Positions 1 through 9,060 are shown, numbered from the stretch's first letter. The stretch is 32,000 nucleotides of DNA from Pasteurella multocida (GCF_900187275.1 NZ_LT906458.1:1110001-1142000); one strand, 5' to 3'. Notes: generated from the letters alone by a model not told the origin. Made by a program: numbers and translations.

Positions 1-1
1 T

Positions 2-343
2 ATTGATCTCCAATTAGCGTTAGCGAAAGGTCTAGTGAATAATGAAAAACACGCCTCTTTACCACAAAAACAAGAAGTTTGGCAGACACTATCGCAATGG
101 GTTAAACCACAAGATCAATTAGCCCCTTACTTTCTTGAAAATGAAGAAAACTATCTACTTCATTATGTGCAAAAAAATGGAAAAAGAACCATTAATGCTC
201 AGCCTTTTGAAGAGGTCATGGCAAAATTAGATCAACAACATGAGGTGCAAGCTGACGAAAGTCAATCTCAGGGAGAACAACCTGAAATTCCAGCCTTGAA
301 TGATTCTCCCCCTGATGCACGAGATGAGGCGAAAGCCCCATAA
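2..343 (+). CDS. 3' end of an unidentified protein-coding gene, open to the left window edge, with an acidic low-complexity C-terminus
   Basis: The frame of the 35..343 ORF stays open back to nt 2 (IDLQLALAKGLVNNEKH...), so the GTG at 35 is probably internal. A USS-pair terminator follows. No family recognised. Confidence 0.5.
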   Translation: MDLQLALAKGLVNNEKHASLPQKQEVWQTLSQWVKPQDQLAPYFLENEENYLLHYVQKNGKRTINAQPFEEVMAKLDQQHEVQADESQSQGEQPEIPALNDSPPDARDEAKAP

Positions 344-352
344 TACAGCGCA

Positions 353-361
353 AAGTGCGGT
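353..361 (+). repeat. Hin-type uptake signal sequence (USS) core
   Basis: Exact AAGTGCGGT. Confidence 0.9.
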
Positions 362-381
362 CGAGAAAATGTAAAAAAACG

Positions 382-390
382 ACCGCACTT
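382..390 (-). repeat. Hin-type USS core
   Basis: Exact ACCGCACTT, the reverse complement of AAGTGCGGT. Confidence 0.9.
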
Positions 391-503
391 TTTACTTCAG
401 CCCCTTTTTCCTTTACAAAATCACAAATCCCCCTACAATATTCCCCTTTGAATTGCTCACCTTAAGTGAGTAACTGACTTGTAATCAGACTAACGGATAA
501 TTT

Positions 504-1874
504 ATGACAACTTTCACTCCAGAACTGCTCTCTCCAGCCGGTTCACTCAAAAACATGCGCTATGCCTTTGCTTATGGTGCTGATGCGGTGTATGCCGGAC
601 AACCACGTTATAGCTTGCGTGTACGCAACAATGAATTTAATCATGCTAATTTAAAAATCGGGATTGATGAAGCCCACGCCTTAGGCAAAAAATTCTATGT
701 CGTGGTCAATATTGCGCCACATAACTCCAAGCTGAAAACCTTTATTCGCGATTTAGAGCCAGTCATTGCCATGGGGCCAGATGCGTTAATTATGTCCGAT
801 CCAGGCTTAATTATGTTAGTGCGTGAACATTTCCCAGATATGGCGATTCACCTTTCGGTACAAGCCAATGCGGTCAACTGGGCTTCGGTAAAATTCTGGA
901 AACAAATGGGCTTAACCCGCGTGATCTTATCCCGTGAGCTTTCGCTTGATGAAATTGCCGAAATTCGTCAGCAAGTGCCAGAAATGGAAATTGAAGTGTT
1001 CGTGCATGGGGCATTATGCATGGCGTATTCTGGACGTTGTTTATTATCAGGCTATATTAATAAACGTGATCCAAATCAAGGCACCTGTACCAATGCGTGC
1101 CGTTGGGAATACAGTGTAACCGAAGCCAAAGAAGATGAGATCGGCAACATTGTGAATGTGGGTGAAGAAATTCCAGTGAAAAATGTAGCACCGACACTTG
1201 GCGAAGGCGACACCACCAGTAAAGTATTTTTATTAGCAGAAAGTCAACGCCCTGAAGAACAAATGTCTGCCTTTGAAGATGAGCATGGTACTTACATCAT
1301 GAACTCGAAAGATCTACGAGCGGTACAACATGTGGAAAAACTCACCGCTCTTGGCGTACATTCGTTAAAAATCGAAGGGCGTACCAAATCCTTCTATTAT
1401 TGTGCGAGAACCGCACAAGTTTACCGTAAAGCAATTGATGATGCGGTAGCAGGCAAACCGTTTGATGAAAGTTTGATGGATACCTTAGAATCTCTTGCAC
1501 ACCGTGGTTATACCGAAGGGTTCTTACGTCGTCATACTCACGATGAATACCAAAACTACGATTACGGCTACTCTATTTCTGAACGTCAACAATTTGTCGG
1601 TGAATTCACGGGTAAACGTAATGAGCAAGGCATGGCAGAAGTGGCAGTCAAAAATAAATTCTTACTCGGTGATGAAGTGGAAATGATGACCCCGAAAGGG
1701 AACATTGTGTTCAAGATTGAACGGATGCTCAACCGTAAAAATGAAAATGTGGAAGCCGGTTTAGGCGATGGACATTTTGTATTTTTAGACGTGCCAGAAG
1801 ATGTCCAATTAGACTACGCGCTACTAATGCGTAATTTGGTGAATACTAACACACGTCAACCACACAAAGTTTAG
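504..1874 (+). CDS. yegQ: U32-family peptidase-like protein YegQ/TrhP (tRNA ho5U34 hydroxylation factor)
   Basis: 456 aa, near-collinear with E. coli YegQ as I recall it (ELLSPAGSLKNMRYAFAYGADAVYAGQPRYSLRVRNNEF..., GALCMAYSGRCLLSGYINKRDPNQGTCTNACRWEY). Confidence 0.95.
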   Translation: MTTFTPELLSPAGSLKNMRYAFAYGADAVYAGQPRYSLRVRNNEFNHANLKIGIDEAHALGKKFYVVVNIAPHNSKLKTFIRDLEPVIAMGPDALIMSDPGLIMLVREHFPDMAIHLSVQANAVNWASVKFWKQMGLTRVILSRELSLDEIAEIRQQVPEMEIEVFVHGALCMAYSGRCLLSGYINKRDPNQGTCTNACRWEYSVTEAKEDEIGNIVNVGEEIPVKNVAPTLGEGDTTSKVFLLAESQRPEEQMSAFEDEHGTYIMNSKDLRAVQHVEKLTALGVHSLKIEGRTKSFYYCARTAQVYRKAIDDAVAGKPFDESLMDTLESLAHRGYTEGFLRRHTHDEYQNYDYGYSISERQQFVGEFTGKRNEQGMAEVAVKNKFLLGDEVEMMTPKGNIVFKIERMLNRKNENVEAGLGDGHFVFLDVPEDVQLDYALLMRNLVNTNTRQPHKV

Positions 1875-1996
1875 TCTTTTCTACATAGTCTCAAACAGGA
1901 TCTGTATCCCAGCGAATTTAGAGCGTAGCATATTGCCGGAATACAGATCCCTGTTGAGAACGTAATCAAAGCAACAGTATATTTATTATACGACAT
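1871..1996 (-). CDS. Candidate 41-aa hydrophobic, Cys-rich small protein (MSYNKYTVALITFSTGICIPAICYALNSLGYRSCLRLCRKD)
   Basis: Hand translation; the ORF is below the track cutoff. ATG at 1996 is preceded by AAGGAG with a 6-nt spacer, and lies 16 nt after the stop of the HlyD-like fragment. Its stop overlaps the yegQ stop convergently. No homology recognised, and the ORF contains a long inverted repeat. Confidence 0.25.
   Translation of the reverse strand: MSYNKYTVALITFSTGICIPAICYALNSLGYRSCLRLCRKD
1889..1959. repeat. Long imperfect inverted repeat (about 19-nt arms, 33-nt spacer) at the yegQ/islet boundary
   Basis: tctcaaacaggatctgtat (1889..1907) versus atacagatccctgttgaga (1941..1959). The arms differ by two single-nt indels. 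No flanking T-run on either strand, so it is not a canonical intrinsic terminator. Confidence 0.7.
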
Positions 1997-2012
1997 ATTA
2001 TTCTCCTTAATA

Positions 2013-2281
2013 TTATTTTGTGGTTTTTAATGGGCTAAATAAGTAATCTAATACACTGCGTTTACCTGTTTTAATTTCCGCAGAAACTGCCATACCTGCC
2101 ATTAATTCCACTGTTTTTCCTTCAATCAATAGAGTACTTTGATCAATTAAAATTTACTTCGAAATGTTCATCTCCTTTTTCAAGAATTTGTATTGAATCT
2201 ACTCTTTCCTCCGCTTTAGGAGTTAATTTATTTTTATATAAATATGCATTTGTGATTTCTGTTGCTGTTGGTAATGCCATT
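2013..2281 (-). pseudogene. Truncated, frameshifted 3' fragment of a HlyD-family type I secretion membrane-fusion protein
   Basis: The minus-strand translation reads MALPTATEITNAYLYKNKLTPKAEERVDSIQILEKGDEHFEVNFN*. After a 1-nt frame change in an A/T run it continues IDQSTLLIEGKTVELMAGMAVSAEIKTGKRSVLDYLFSPLKTTK*. The segment GMAV(T/S)AEIKTG.RSV..YL.SPL is the characteristic HlyD C-terminus. Roughly 350 N-terminal residues are missing. Confidence 0.6.
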
Positions 2282-2306
2282 TCTTCACCTCACTATTATT
2301 TATTTT

Positions 2307-2759
2307 TTAAAAAGAAACCTCTTCCCTTAATTCTCCACAAGGCGTATATTCGAGATAAAGCACTCTATGATCAGGTTTAAAATTCCCAACATAATGTCTT
2401 AAATATTCAATTCTTATATAACCATATCCATCATCATCTGGATAGCCATCTATTCCTTCATTAATAAATCTTGTTAATTTACAACAATCAGGGTTCATCT
2501 GTTTAAACTCCTCAACACTAGCATAACGTTTTATTTCGGTTGTTGTGCCATCTGGTTCAAAAACACCTGACGGCATGGTGGATACCACATATTCAACCCC
2601 TCTATCGATCAACTCTTGCTCGGTATAAAGGTTATGGATATATTCCCATTTGTCAAAACAATAACCTCGTCTTTCTTGTATGGTAATAAATAAATAGATT
2701 GAAAGGATAAACAATATGAACCATAAAAAATATCTCTTTCCTTTATTTTCTTCTGCCAT
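2307..2759 (-). CDS. Paralogue 1 of an uncharacterised 150-aa protein with an N-terminal hydrophobic anchor and 4 conserved Cys (possible immunity-type protein)
   Basis: Intact ORF with an RBS-like GAGGTGGAAG before the ATG. Hydrophobic stretch FLWFILFILSIYLFITI. About 85% identical to the neighbour by hand alignment. No family recognised. Confidence 0.75.
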   Translation of the reverse strand: MAEENKGKRYFLWFILFILSIYLFITIQERRGYCFDKWEYIHNLYTEQELIDRGVEYVVSTMPSGVFEPDGTTTEIKRYASVEEFKQMNPDCCKLTRFINEGIDGYPDDDGYGYIRIEYLRHYVGNFKPDHRVLYLEYTPCGELREEVSF

Positions 2760-2908
2760 CTTCCACCTCAGTACCCATGATCCATATTACTGCATGCTTG
2801 AAATAGGGAATCTACGCATTCCATCCCTTTCAGAGTGAATTGATTTTTAGATAAAGATAAATTCCTCATTATTGTTGCTGTTGGTAATGCCATTTCTTCA
2901 CCTCACTC

Positions 2909-3370
2909 TTAATTTTTTGAAAAAGCCGCCTCTTCCCTTAACTCTCCACAGGGCGTATATTCAAGATAAATCACTCTATGATAAGGTTTTAGATTCTCAA
3001 CATAATGTCTTAAATATTCAATTCTGACATAACCATATCCATCATCATCTGGATAGCCATCGCCTCCTTCATCAATAAAGGTGGTTAATGTACAACAAGC
3101 TGGGTTCATCTGTTTAAACTCCTCGACACTCGTGTAACGCTTTACTTCTTTTATTGTGCCATCTGGTTTAATAACACCTGACGGCATGGTGGATACCACA
3201 TATTCAATCCCCCGATCAATTAACTCTTGCTCAGTATAAAGCTCATGAATATATGCACGTTTGTCAAAACAATAACCTCGTCTTTCTTGTATGGTAATAA
3301 ATAAATAGATTGAAAGGATAAACAATATGAACCATAAAAAATATCTCTTTCCTTTATTTTCTTCTGTCAT
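2909..3370 (-). CDS. Paralogue 2 of the same uncharacterised membrane-anchored Cys-containing protein (153 aa)
   Basis: Intact ORF with the same GAGGTGGAAG-ATG start context. The first ~105 nt are identical to paralogue 1 except for one base. Confidence 0.75.
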   Translation of the reverse strand: MTEENKGKRYFLWFILFILSIYLFITIQERRGYCFDKRAYIHELYTEQELIDRGIEYVVSTMPSGVIKPDGTIKEVKRYTSVEEFKQMNPACCTLTTFIDEGGDGYPDDDGYGYVRIEYLRHYVENLKPYHRVIYLEYTPCGELREEAAFSKN

Positions 3371-3499
3371 CTTCCACCTCTTGGTTATTTAACGGGTTTA
3401 AACTTTAGCATATGATTCATCATATACTTAAAAACTACTACTTGGTATTTCACAAACTTTGTTTAATTTGTGATCCTATTCAAAACTTTTCTAAAACCC

Positions 3500-3508
3500 A
3501 CCGCACTT
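3500..3508 (-). repeat. Hin-type USS core
   Basis: Exact ACCGCACTT. Confidence 0.9.
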
Positions 3509-3530
3509 TTATTACCGCTCTCGCAAACTC

Positions 3531-3626
3531 TCATCTCATGTGTTTTTTTAATAGGCTAAATAAATCATCCTTTAGAATGCGTTCATTTTTACGCTCGTTC
3601 TCACACAATACGCTTACATATGATTG
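3531..3626 (-). pseudogene. Second, more decayed remnant of the same HlyD-family 3' end
   Basis: The minus-strand translation QSYVSVLCENERKNERILKDDLFSLLKKHMR* aligns with GKRSVLDYLFSPLKTTK* of the fragment at 2013..2281. The DNA tttttaataggctaaataaatcatcc (from 3546) is about 75% identical over ~45 nt to tttttaatgggctaaataagtaatct (from about 2025). A stop codon lies immediately upstream, so only ~30 codons survive. Confidence 0.35.
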
Positions 3627-3637
3627 TTAAAAAAATG

Positions 3638-3665
3638 TTGCATTTGTTATTTTTGTGTGTATAAT
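3638..3665 (+). promoter_or_regulatory. Near-consensus sigma70 promoter (TTGCAT, 16-nt spacer, TATAAT) with an upstream A-tract
   Basis: TTGCAT at 3638..3643 and TATAAT at 3660..3665, read directly. Confidence 0.55.
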
Positions 3666-3671
3666 CCGACA

Positions 3672-3740
3672 CATACCCTAAAAAGTATGACTCCAAATAT
3701 ATTTTCGCCCTTTCGTCTTTCTTGAAAGGGCTTTTTTTTT
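3672..3740 (+). ncRNA. Candidate ~70-nt small RNA or leader transcript upstream of queA
   Basis: It is bounded by the promoter above and an intrinsic terminator: gccctttc (3707..3714), gaaagggc (3724..3731) and a T9 run (3732..3740). The only ORF inside is a 12-codon one (MTPNIFSPFRLS*) with no RBS. Ends are approximate. Confidence 0.35.
3707..3740 (+). terminator. Rho-independent terminator
   Basis: An 8-bp GC-rich stem, a 9-nt loop and a run of 9 T. Confidence 0.75.
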
Positions 3741-3860
3741 GTCCAAAATCATCTCAATTCGATACTAAACAACAAAATCTGGATTTTTCCTTGTGCAAGA
3801 GCGGAATTCACACTAGACTTACGCCCACGATTTTTTAGATAACTTTTTATAACCCTATTT

Positions 3861-4952
3861 ATGCGTGTTTCTGACTTTTATTTTGATTTACCCGATGAGC
3901 TGATTGCTCGTTACCCAAAACCGGATCGCACCGCTAGTCGCTTATTACAACTTAACGGCGAAAATGGTGAGATTACCCACCGCACTTTTGCTGATATCCT
4001 TGATCAAATTCATGAAGGCGACTTATTAATTTTTAATAACACGCGCGTGATTCCTGCAAGGATGTTTGGACGTAAAGCCAGTGGCGGTAAGGTGGAAGTG
4101 TTGGTCGAGCGGATTTTATCCGACACACGCTTTTTAGCCCATGTGCGCTCCTCAAAAGCACCGAAAGAAGGGGCAGAACTGTGGTTAGGCGAAGATAAGT
4201 TAGGTGAACATCATGGTGTCAAAATGATCATGGTTGCGCGCCATGATACCTTATTTGAATTAGAAATCGCGCAAAAACAGACCGCACTTTTAGACGTGTT
4301 ACAGCAAATTGGGCATATGCCATTGCCCCCTTATATTGATCGCCCTGACGAAGAAGCGGATAAAGAACGTTATCAAACCGTTTATAACAAAGTCCCTGGC
4401 GCGGTTGCGGCACCAACTGCCGGCTTGCATTTTGACGATGCTTTATTAGCACAACTCAAAGCCAAAGGGGTTAACTTTGCTTTTGTGACTTTACATGTTG
4501 GCGCAGGCACATTTCAACCGGTGCGCGTCGAGCAGATTGAAGATCACAAAATGCACGCAGAATATGTGGAAGTACCACAAGAAGTGTGTGACGCGATTAT
4601 TGCCACGAAACAAGCAGGCAAACGTGTGATTGCTGTGGGCACCACTTCAGTTCGTTCCGTCGAGAGTGCAGCATTAGCGACGGAAGAAAAAGGCGAACAT
4701 GCCTTAATTACGCCTTATTTTTCCGATACGTCAATTTTTATTTATCCAAGCAAAAGCTTCCGCGTGGTGGATTGTTTAATTACGAACTTCCACTTACCAG
4801 AAAGTACACTGATTATGCTGGTTTCCGCTTTTGCTGGCTATCGCCATACTATGCATGCGTACCAAAGTGCGGTCGAAAATCGCTATCGTTTTTTTAGTTA
4901 TGGCGACGCGATGTTTATCAGCAAAAATCCTCACGTTAATGGGCTTGACTGA
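3861..4952 (+). CDS. queA: S-adenosylmethionine:tRNA ribosyltransferase-isomerase
   Basis: 363 aa. [19 protein letters not shown]..., GHMPLPPYI and [10 protein letters not shown] motifs are typical of QueA. Confidence 0.97.
   Translation: MRVSDFYFDLPDELIARYPKPDRTASRLLQLNGENGEITHRTFADILDQIHEGDLLIFNNTRVIPARMFGRKASGGKVEVLVERILSDTRFLAHVRSSKAPKEGAELWLGEDKLGEHHGVKMIMVARHDTLFELEIAQKQTALLDVLQQIGHMPLPPYIDRPDEEADKERYQTVYNKVPGAVAAPTAGLHFDDALLAQLKAKGVNFAFVTLHVGAGTFQPVRVEQIEDHKMHAEYVEVPQEVCDAIIATKQAGKRVIAVGTTSVRSVESAALATEEKGEHALITPYFSDTSIFIYPSKSFRVVDCLITNFHLPESTLIMLVSAFAGYRHTMHAYQSAVENRYRFFSYGDAMFISKNPHVNGLD
3979..3987 (-). repeat. Hin-type USS core (inside queA)
   Basis: Exact ACCGCACTT. Confidence 0.9.
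4281..4289 (-). repeat. Hin-type USS core (inside queA)
   Basis: Exact ACCGCACTT. Confidence 0.9.
4865..4873 (+). repeat. Hin-type USS core (inside queA)
   Basis: Exact AAGTGCGGT. Confidence 0.9.
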
Positions 4953-5707
4953 TGATCTTTGTGTTTGATTTAGACGGCACGATTTGCTTTGACGGCAAAC
5001 AGATTCCACTCGACATTCAACACGCTCTTGAACAGCTGATGCAAAAAGATCATCAGCTGATTTTTGCCTCGGCACGCCCTATTCGCGATCTTCTCCCCTT
5101 ACTTAACCCCAAACTCCAACAGGCTATGTTGATTGGGGGGAATGGTGCGATTACCCAAGTCAATAAACAAATTACCGCCCAACAACCAATTTCTAGTGCT
5201 GTTTTTACACAAATCAAGCAATGGATTGAGGAATTTGATTTAGATTATTTGGCTGATGACCTCTGGGATTACAGTAAACGTCTTCGCCAACCGCATAGTA
5301 TCGAACATAAAATAGATCCTGCGAAATTGGCTCAAAATCGACCGCTCTCGGCAATACAACATCCGATCAAAACCATTTTACTTAACCTGACTCAGACACA
5401 ATTTCTTTTCCTCAAACAACAGTTGACACACTTAGAGGTCAATCTCATTGAGCATAGCGAAGAAAATGGGCGATTTAATCTGGATATTACTGCTAAACAC
5501 ATCAATAAATACTATACCCTCACCACTTATATCGGGCAGGCTAAATACGTTGCTTTTGGCAACGATATGAATGACATCGAATTATTACAACATGCTGATT
5601 ATTCAGTCTGTGTCGGTGACTTCGCGCCCTTACGCAAACTTGCAAACACACATCTTTTTGCTAACCCCGCTGACATTGCGCAAAAAATTAAACAATTAAT
5701 CGGATAG
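4952..5707 (+). CDS. HAD-superfamily (Cof-like, subfamily IIB) hydrolase
   Basis: 251 aa. N-terminal FDLDGT motif and C-terminal GNDMNDIELL motif. The start overlaps the queA stop (TGATG). Confidence 0.85.
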   Translation: MIFVFDLDGTICFDGKQIPLDIQHALEQLMQKDHQLIFASARPIRDLLPLLNPKLQQAMLIGGNGAITQVNKQITAQQPISSAVFTQIKQWIEEFDLDYLADDLWDYSKRLRQPHSIEHKIDPAKLAQNRPLSAIQHPIKTILLNLTQTQFLFLKQQLTHLEVNLIEHSEENGRFNLDITAKHINKYYTLTTYIGQAKYVAFGNDMNDIELLQHADYSVCVGDFAPLRKLANTHLFANPADIAQKIKQLIG

Positions 5708-5745
5708 CGCAATATTCGACTTATCTTATTAAATGGAGATTAATT

Positions 5746-7095
5746 ATGGATTTAATTATTGGCTTAATTGCCGTTATTCTCGTTGGTTATTACATTGTCA
5801 AAGGCTATTCTGCCACTGGCGTGTTAATGACCGTCGGTTTATTGTTATTGCTTTGTAGTGTGTTATTAGACAAAGCCATTCTGCCGAACAGTGTCAAATC
5901 AACGGGTAGTCTCTACCTCGATGTGTTTGAATATGTCAAATACCTTTTAATGAATCGTGGGGGCAACCTTGGTATGCTGATTATGGTGTTGTGTGGTTTT
6001 GCGGCTTACATGACTCATATAGGGGCAAACGACATGGTAGTAAAACTCGCCTCCCAACCGCTCAAATACATCAAATCCCCTTATCTCTTAATGATTGTTG
6101 CTTATTTTCTTGCCTGTTTAATGTCATTAGCCGTTCCTTCTGCAACGGGATTAGGGGTCTTATTAATGGCAACACTGTTTCCTATCATGGTCAATGTGGG
6201 TATTTCACGCGGTGCCGCCGCCTCTATTTGTGCCTCCCCTGCCGCCATTATTCTGTCGCCCACTTCTGGTGATGTCGTACTTGCGGCAGAAGTATCAAAA
6301 ATGCCATTGTTAGATTTTGCTTTTCATCTCACCTTACCAATTTCCATTCTGACAATTATCTCTATCGCGATTGCCCATTTCTTTTGGCAGCGTTACCTCG
6401 ATCGTAAAGAGGGACATCGTGCAGAAATGTTAGCAGTGAGTGAAATCCAAACTTCAGCACCGCGTTTTTATGCGATTTTACCCTTCACCCCCATTGTTGG
6501 CGTACTGGTCTTTGATGGTAAAATAGCACCAGAACTTCATATCATTACGATTATTGTCATTTGTTTACTCTTGGTCGCCCTGATCGATTTTTTAAGAACC
6601 TTTAGTGCGAAAAAAGTCTATGAAAACTTAAATGTTGCTTATCAAGGTATGGCGGATGCTTTCTCTGGCGTGGTGATTTTGCTTGTAGCCGCGGGGATTT
6701 TTGCACAAGGATTGAGTACTATAGGCTTTATCCATGCCTTAATTGATTCCGTCCAATCAGTCAGTAGTGGTGGTTTTCTCATGATGCTCGCGCTAGCACT
6801 TATCACTGCACTAGCCGCAATTACCACTGGTTCAGGCAATGCCCCTTTCTATGCGTTTGTTGAATTAATTCCCAAATTAGCCGCCCATATGGGAATTAAC
6901 CCGGCTTACTTAACCATTCCAATGTTACAAGCCTCCAATATTGGTCGCAGCCTCTCACCAGTATCTGGTGTGGTTGTGGCAGTATCGGGCATGGCAAAAA
7001 TCTCCCCATTTGAAGTGGTAAAACGGATTTCAGTACCGATGTTAGTCGGACTCATTGTCGTGATTGTTGCGACAGAAATTATGGTGGTTGCCTAA
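5746..7095 (+). CDS. dcuC: Anaerobic C4-dicarboxylate carrier, DcuC family
   Basis: 449 aa polytopic membrane protein, collinear with E. coli DcuC as I recall it (KGYSATGVL, GFAAYMTHIGANDMVVKLAS, TGSGNAPFYAFVE, MLQASN.GR.LSPVSGVVVAV.GMAKISPFEVVKR). Confidence 0.93.
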   Translation: MDLIIGLIAVILVGYYIVKGYSATGVLMTVGLLLLLCSVLLDKAILPNSVKSTGSLYLDVFEYVKYLLMNRGGNLGMLIMVLCGFAAYMTHIGANDMVVKLASQPLKYIKSPYLLMIVAYFLACLMSLAVPSATGLGVLLMATLFPIMVNVGISRGAAASICASPAAIILSPTSGDVVLAAEVSKMPLLDFAFHLTLPISILTIISIAIAHFFWQRYLDRKEGHRAEMLAVSEIQTSAPRFYAILPFTPIVGVLVFDGKIAPELHIITIIVICLLLVALIDFLRTFSAKKVYENLNVAYQGMADAFSGVVILLVAAGIFAQGLSTIGFIHALIDSVQSVSSGGFLMMLALALITALAAITTGSGNAPFYAFVELIPKLAAHMGINPAYLTIPMLQASNIGRSLSPVSGVVVAVSGMAKISPFEVVKRISVPMLVGLIVVIVATEIMVVA

Positions 7096-7104
7096 TACTG
7101 TCGT

Positions 7105-7133
7105 TTGACTTATGTCAGTTGTACACATACAAT
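7105..7133 (+). promoter_or_regulatory. Near-consensus sigma70 promoter (TTGACT, 17-nt spacer, TACAAT)
   Basis: TTGACT at 7105..7110 and TACAAT at 7128..7133, 10 nt downstream of the dcuC stop. Confidence 0.5.
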
Positions 7134-7139
7134 AAAACG

Positions 7140-8467
<1,328 letters not shown>

Positions 8468-8763
8468 GCCTGAATCCAATCGGATTAAAACATGGGGTAA
8501 TGAGATAAATTTACCCTATTTTTATACTTGGTTGGCTTTCTTTTGTTCCTTCCCACGTTGATTTTCCAGATTACGCCACATTGTCTAAAAGATAAAAAAG
8601 CAAGGATTATCTTTAATTAAATCACCGCCTCATAACTACATTGACATAGATACCAAAAATATCCCCAATTCCTTTCACTTACTTGGATTTTATGGTATTT
8701 TTAGCAAGCGATTTTTTCGTCAAATTTATGTTTTAATTTTACTTTTAAGAAGGGAAATAACAA

Positions 8764-9060
8764 ATGGAAGCTCAACAAGGTAGTCCAATGTCAATGTTAT
8801 TTATTTTCGTGATCTTCGGATTGATTTTCTATTTCATGATCTATCGTCCGCAAGCGAAACGTAATAAAGAACACAAAAAATTAATGTCTGAATTAGCAAA
8901 AGGCACGGAAGTCTTAATCGCAGGTGGTTTAATTGGTCGTATTACGAAAGTATCACCAGATAGTGACAGCATTATCATCGCATTAAATGAGACAACCGAA
9001 GTCACCATCAACCGTAACTACGTTGTGGCTGTGTTACCAAAAGGCTCATTAAAATCTTAA
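8764..9060 (+). CDS. yajC: Preprotein translocase accessory subunit YajC
   Basis: 98 aa with a single TM segment. YRPQ.KR.KEHKKL and GG..G.I motifs are present, and the gene sits in conserved position before secDF. Confidence 0.95.
   Translation: MEAQQGSPMSMLFIFVIFGLIFYFMIYRPQAKRNKEHKKLMSELAKGTEVLIAGGLIGRITKVSPDSDSIIIALNETTEVTINRNYVVAVLPKGSLKS

Larger units (their letters stand above)
352..393 (+). terminator. Rho-independent terminator formed by an inverted pair of uptake signal sequences
   Basis: aaagtgcggtcg (352..363) pairs with cgaccgcacttt (380..391) and is followed by a T-run. It lies directly after the stop at 343. Confidence 0.8.
2170..3380. repeat. Tandem duplication (unit about 600-613 bp) covering a small-protein gene plus the start of the downstream HlyD-like fragment
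   Basis: gttgctgttggtaatgccatttcttcacctcact occurs at 2261..2294 and 2874..2907. cttccacctc follows both start codons (2760..2769 and 3371..3380). The two ORFs are collinear paralogues. Confidence 0.85.

Noticed and set aside
934-1686. The nested ORFs 934..1119 and 1495..1686 inside yegQ, and similar nested or antisense ORFs elsewhere. These include 4228..4452, 4794..5075, 5991..6272, 6642..6839, 7423..8138, 12131..12881, 13847..14690, 14898..15101, 16461..16703, 17531..17950, 18923..19495, 22198..22986, 23260..23502, 24269..24882 and 30818..31246.
   Set aside because: All lie within, or antisense to, long ORFs with clear homology. They have no RBS and no recognisable domains, and their composition is typical of off-frame translation.
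3412-3630. The 72-aa plus-strand ORF in the islet/queA spacer
   Set aside because: It has no RBS and an AT-rich low-complexity translation. It also overlaps the decayed HlyD-like remnant on the other strand.
3672-3740. A preQ1 riboswitch interpretation of the elements upstream of queA and tgt (also 7140..7265)
   Set aside because: The CCCTAAAAAGTA stretch is superficially reminiscent of the preQ1-I A-rich tail. However, I cannot form the required short P1 hairpin or pseudoknot around it, and the tgt element has no comparable motif. Both are kept only as unclassified candidates.
8468-8763. The 296-bp tgt-yajC spacer, considered as a possible RNA gene or mobile-element scar
   Set aside because: It contains only a weak hairpin with a T tract after tgt (gggtaa...ttaccc, about 8505..8530) and weak promoter-like hexamers. 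It has no repeats, no tRNA-like fold and no convincing promoter/terminator pair.
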